This document shows positions 60,701 to 64,000 of a DNA stretch of 64,000 nt, one piece after another (the stretch's first letter is position 1; the number at the start of each line of letters is the position of its first letter). The notes beneath the pieces are model-generated. The model was not told the DNA's origin. It saw only the letters and a program-made list of their open reading frames with translations, and did not search any database. Source of the DNA: a virus; the IMG/VR virus record IMGVR_UViG_3300012964_000004, positions 2,312-66,311 of that record. One strand, 5' to 3'. The position numbers and the translations under genes are program-made.

Positions 60701-63700
60701 GAAACGTTTTACCTGTTACAGTTTCTGAGCGTTCGTTAGCGGATGCTCGCTACGTACTGGGCACGCTGGATGCAGACAAATGGAAAGATCTAGTGGATGA
60801 TGTCTGGGAAGATGCTTCCAATACATTTCTTGATCGCTCGGCCAAGGAAATAAAGCGCGAACTCAAGAAAAATCCCATCCCAACAGGCATGGATGTTGAA
60901 GAAGTTATGCGCAATCGCATTCAGGCCAAACTGAACAATTACTTGTACAGTCAGCACGGTCTATATAAGATTGCTCAAGAAACGGGTGAACGCATCAAGC
61001 GGTTATTCCTGCGAGAACACGAGGCCTGGGCGGGTTCGATTTTCCAAAAAGATACCTGGATGGCCAAACTGGGTCTTGCCAATTTACCTCCAGAAAAGGT
61101 TGGCCCTGGGCTGGTAAAGTTCCGTAAGGGTATCAATATCACCTACCAGATTAGCCGCTGGTTTATGAACGCTTGGGTGTGGGCAACGCTGGCTCGCCGC
61201 CCCGCCTGGATGCTATTCAACTTCTATGACAACACCTTCCGCTTCCTGGTCAGCGGTTCGGCTGACAGTTTGCACGATGTCATCTACTTGATGAAACGTT
61301 ATGTCGGCATAGATGTGGAAAAAGAGATAGGACTCAGAGCCGAGGTGACTACATCCATGCAGGCGGCAGCCTTCAATGTAATGATTGAGCAGACAGGTCT
61401 GGGAGAGAAGATTACCCATCTGCAAAGCATCCTGGATTTCGCAGACAATCCTTTTGGCTTTCTATCTCATTACAAATCGAACTACAAAGTTCTGACCGAT
61501 GGAAAGAATGTGGCTGCACATGCTTACGCGGTCTGGCGGGCGTTCCCGCTGTCAGTCAAAACCTTGGCGTCTGCGATCGAGGTTGGTTCCCGCGTGCGCA
61601 TGTACTACAAGCTCTTCATGAAGAATGTGGCCAAAGTCAACACACCCAGATTGTTGGCGCTGGTTACTGAAGGTCTGGTTGAGCGATTGATCAAAGCAGG
61701 CATGTCTCAATCAGATGCAGCCAAGTGGGTGGCCTATGTGCGAGACTTATGGAATTATTCAGGTATGCACGTAGAGCAATTTGAGAATATGCTCAGCCAT
61801 CTATCTCAGACCAGCAAGCAAGCAGATGTGATTTATCTGCCGAAAACACTGAAAGAAATAGAGTGGGTAGATGAGGCCTCCGTGCGCCCATTGATCATGT
61901 CAGTGAGTGACCAGTTGCAGGAATTTATCAGCGATTTGGTCAAGGGTGAGAATGTCCGCAAGTTAGATAAACGCCATTCCGATATGTTCTTTGACCGCGT
62001 GATCAATACGCTGGATAAGGAAGTCAGGGCGCGGCTGGATAATGTTTTCAACAAGCAACGTGCGATTATCGAGGCAGTGGATCTCAATGAAGCTCGGCGC
62101 GGTTACACTGCAGGCAAATACACGCCTGAGCGTGAAGTTGAAGAAACGGTTACTTCGACGGGCGAAGAAGCTATGAAGGACATTCCCAAGAGCGCCAAAG
62201 AACTCACTCCCAAGCAACGCAAGAAAGCTGTCAAGGCGCTCAAGGATAACAAGATCGCTACTTCTGGGGATGACACCAGCTTGCTGAGCGGCATGGATCA
62301 GTTGCGTCAGAAGTCTGACAAATTGGAACGCAAGAAAATAAAACCAGCTTCGCCTGAGAAGATGAAAGACATCGAAGAGAACATCGAACTCGGCACCAAG
62401 TCAGGTCGGCCACTCACGGATGCTGAGATCAACAAGATGGATGAAGCTATCGATGCCGCCTTTCCTGGTGGACGCCGCATCCCTGCAGGGCAAAGTGAAG
62501 CTACCAGTGCTCGAGCCGTGCGCGATTATTTTGGTCGAGCCGACTGGGTGAACAATCCTGCCTTTGCAATTTTGGATGAAGGTGAAAAAGCACAACTATC
62601 GGCTCACATCATCAATCTGGTGGATGAGACCCGCAACTATTCAGCGCGGATGCGCTCATTCTGGATCCTGGTCTTTCCAGGCCCACGCCAATTTGACAGC
62701 GCAGGCAAGCTCATCTTCACCGCATCCACGAAACGCGGTTGGGAAATGTACGACTCGCTGGCTGCGCGAGGTTGGTACAACCAGAGCGATCTGTTCGATA
62801 TGCTGCTGGATGATGTCAAAGCAGGTCGCATATCTTTGGAGAACACACTCACTGCCCGCCAAATGTTAGAGATGTATGGTTTCGATGTTGAATTCGATGC
62901 CAACGGTCTATTGTCAGGCGTGCGCGTTCATGATCCTATCAGCAACGAATGGCGCTTCTCTTCATCGCCTGTATATCTGAACCAATTCAAACAATTCACA
63001 GGTGTGGGATCGCTGAAGAGTTATGAGACCAGCATTCAATCCTCCACCTTTGGCGTGGTTGCAGCTTCACCACGAGGCATGGCAATCAATGCCAAGATTA
63101 TTCCGCAACCATTTGAAGATTTTGACAGCATGGTCAGGAACAATCCACGCTTGTCTGCCTACATTCAGCAGAACAGGGTCAAGGATGCCAATATCCTGAT
63201 TGCCAGCCAATTCCAATATCCGATGTTCTTTACTCGTGGTGGGCGCAACATTCCATCCGATTTACGCTTGATGAACAAGATATGGAGCGATCTGGGAGAT
63301 GAGGCTAAGGCCGCTTACAAGGTGTTGGATGATGTACCGCCCAGTGTAGTGCATGAGGTGCTGAGCCGTTGGGCACAGACTTCCTTTGGTTATCGTCTGG
63401 ATCATGTCATCAGGAACTTACGCGATGATTTGATCCAAGTGGCCAGAAAGCAATACGGCTGGACAGAAGCCACTGCTCGAGAATGGTTTGAACTTTGGAA
63501 CCGCAACTTCTCCAATTTTGCCGATCTCATTAGCGAGATAAGTGATAGGAAATACACAGCGGATGAATTGTGGGCTGCGGTCATTCAAGGTTTTTACTCT
63601 CAGGGTGTACCTGTTTCGGCCACCACCTTTGTTGGCAGGGATGGGCGCAGATTGCTGGCACATTCCTACCTGATGGATTTTGTCGATCGACGCATGGGTG

Positions 63701-64000
63701 CGGTGGCAACTGGCTCTGAAATTCTAGCTGGCTTGAAGAAAGTCGGCATGAATGAAGCTGAGTTGAAATGGAATGGATTGTTTGATTGGCTGATGCAGCG
63801 CAAAGATGATGTGCTAGCCAAGGCCGATTTCGCTACTTTTATCAATCAACAAGAGCGCAAACTTTACGTCCATTTCTCCCGTGGAGGCGGATGGGAAATT
63901 ACTATCGAGAGCATGGATGAGGCCATATCCGCCAAGGTGAGTGCCGTGCTCAGCATGGATGCGGACAATCGCTTCATCCTGACGGTCAGCAAAACTGAGG
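57796..64000 (+). CDS. N-terminal part of giant internal virion protein (>2068 aa, runs off window)
   Basis: ATG at 57796 with GAGGT RBS; frame reads open to 64000 and is absent from the ORF track, consistent with no stop; LKKVGMNEAELKWNGL motif near the end. Confidence 0.75.
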   Translation, partial: METDKAPFWKDPKFKRTVKQLQALYSARLAARQAARKLWQRSSNYAAANRIPNVVSSAQSQVQAQRKPIMGMPDREMEIIQRIPTIQQTVTQPTTKTPQGAPPVSVDPSIIQGAPAYYDPQTNQITNKLTNTKLFNLNGEVIPTNQADDGSWLVPDEMQRLGVTLNQMTEAIYTPDMLEQFNYVPSADEIIPPLGFDVASIEGENLYYDPLTHRITTTPTQVQYFWTPDGNEITQQRFAVEHGRLIPNQEVKLDANTRALIDAILTTQKSQADATALLVERGSPVSPGQVIQGSNQISQTDYQNMFKPWVKATQEAEVLRVGEQYSETGELLKEGTVIFTTPATPGLQLPAGLSNMLETTPFGRLVMYVPPWNPLSWNPKTKAIAQEAYRKVLDRVAGGLIYLFSESNWWLKQKFFSNARDMKRQSGFGDWLPSAAATTLTVAVGLPWAAVHLLGAPFVSIWDKEKGAEWRTFGEKVKREWQNKMSVMTDQFLETTLFYQGSPSSGLSLSPTQYDLLMENYWTGIETGANQTWGDYLGESGVTAVKIRQHADRMNGKMTIGWDYVQRAQLAWNEGRQEEAVTLMTEGLSDILVYGLDYAAFGNYARHEFDPKWKPNQVGADAFLDKTIPVSSEELDWVYKLVALNNAEKFMSLFAKWGTPEEQLTLAKNLGSGTNYLFIRQLAMNALESGRMPTIHEIYNEAFPWLKGYAANPMSTKQIREFIQKDSIAFHDRARELALISTAYEKQANAWGDENVAEKERLLGLARKFMNEAKNLLDAAYELDRKAGGLDPFAMYSWDAYPEKYKEFKQRLAEAEIQLGRPPTRNEIIDVGYQYADFVYEASGEAIIDVFNLLESLKIGKIAGEVSKNALTVALSKSKVGRNLTSAWMQTVDDMIESRRIRHMKNRAFVSQGFKQQQWTTNLIKDIADTKPTSKDELLWQVQRAANQINAISLAKNPEEYQQLVRSARNVLPVTVSERSLADARYVLGTLDADKWKDLVDDVWEDASNTFLDRSAKEIKRELKKNPIPTGMDVEEVMRNRIQAKLNNYLYSQHGLYKIAQETGERIKRLFLREHEAWAGSIFQKDTWMAKLGLANLPPEKVGPGLVKFRKGINITYQISRWFMNAWVWATLARRPAWMLFNFYDNTFRFLVSGSADSLHDVIYLMKRYVGIDVEKEIGLRAEVTTSMQAAAFNVMIEQTGLGEKITHLQSILDFADNPFGFLSHYKSNYKVLTDGKNVAAHAYAVWRAFPLSVKTLASAIEVGSRVRMYYKLFMKNVAKVNTPRLLALVTEGLVERLIKAGMSQSDAAKWVAYVRDLWNYSGMHVEQFENMLSHLSQTSKQADVIYLPKTLKEIEWVDEASVRPLIMSVSDQLQEFISDLVKGENVRKLDKRHSDMFFDRVINTLDKEVRARLDNVFNKQRAIIEAVDLNEARRGYTAGKYTPEREVEETVTSTGEEAMKDIPKSAKELTPKQRKKAVKALKDNKIATSGDDTSLLSGMDQLRQKSDKLERKKIKPASPEKMKDIEENIELGTKSGRPLTDAEINKMDEAIDAAFPGGRRIPAGQSEATSARAVRDYFGRADWVNNPAFAILDEGEKAQLSAHIINLVDETRNYSARMRSFWILVFPGPRQFDSAGKLIFTASTKRGWEMYDSLAARGWYNQSDLFDMLLDDVKAGRISLENTLTARQMLEMYGFDVEFDANGLLSGVRVHDPISNEWRFSSSPVYLNQFKQFTGVGSLKSYETSIQSSTFGVVAASPRGMAINAKIIPQPFEDFDSMVRNNPRLSAYIQQNRVKDANILIASQFQYPMFFTRGGRNIPSDLRLMNKIWSDLGDEAKAAYKVLDDVPPSVVHEVLSRWAQTSFGYRLDHVIRNLRDDLIQVARKQYGWTEATAREWFELWNRNFSNFADLISEISDRKYTADELWAAVIQGFYSQGVPVSATTFVGRDGRRLLAHSYLMDFVDRRMGAVATGSEILAGLKKVGMNEAELKWNGLFDWLMQRKDDVLAKADFATFINQQERKLYVHFSRGGGWEITIESMDEAISAKVSAVLSMDADNRFILTVSKTE

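Noticed and set aside
57741-63663. Many short ORFs listed on both strands
   Set aside because: They are shadows of the single long open frame starting at 57796.
1-64000. Direct circular joining of the window ends
   Set aside because: Joining base 64000 to base 1 shifts the frame of the giant ORF, and I saw no terminal overlap, so intervening sequence must lie outside the window.
1-64000. Integrase, repressor or att site; alternative genetic code
   Set aside because: No recombinase motifs were recognised. Genes are full length in code 11 and use all three stop codons.

Overview
The window is most of a tailed dsDNA phage genome (Caudoviricetes), apparently circularly permuted, in the standard genetic code. 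It is podovirus-like: no tape measure or tail tube is recognisable, but there is a giant internal-virion ORF. Plus-strand late modules: 44.0-64 kb holds two His-repeat fibre proteins, terminase, portal and the start of a giant ORF. 0-17.3 kb holds the end of a giant ORF with ART-PolyVal-like and degenerate GGDEF domains, then scaffold, major capsid, decoration, adaptor/nozzle, GH25 lysin and holin. Minus-strand modules: replication at 17.3-27.9 kb (RuvC-like, RecA, UDG, PolA with Leu762, DnaB-like helicase, atypical primase, SNF2) and early genes at 29.3-39.8 kb (DUF932, DNA methyltransferase, solo HicA-like, many small ORFs). A gene-poor strand switch at 39.8-40.4 kb may contain the physical genome ends. 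No integrase, CRISPR array or complete tRNA was found. Two signals stand out. (1) A ~283-nt nested, highly structured non-coding RNA with a tRNA-like T-arm and 7-nt periodic repeats lies directly behind a DIP1984-like coiled-coil gene (41177-42016), a candidate protein-RNA system. (2) A 15-bp palindrome AAGTAACNGTTNCTT is dispersed at 8 or more sites, mostly inside genes. All family assignments come from motif recognition by eye, not database searches.
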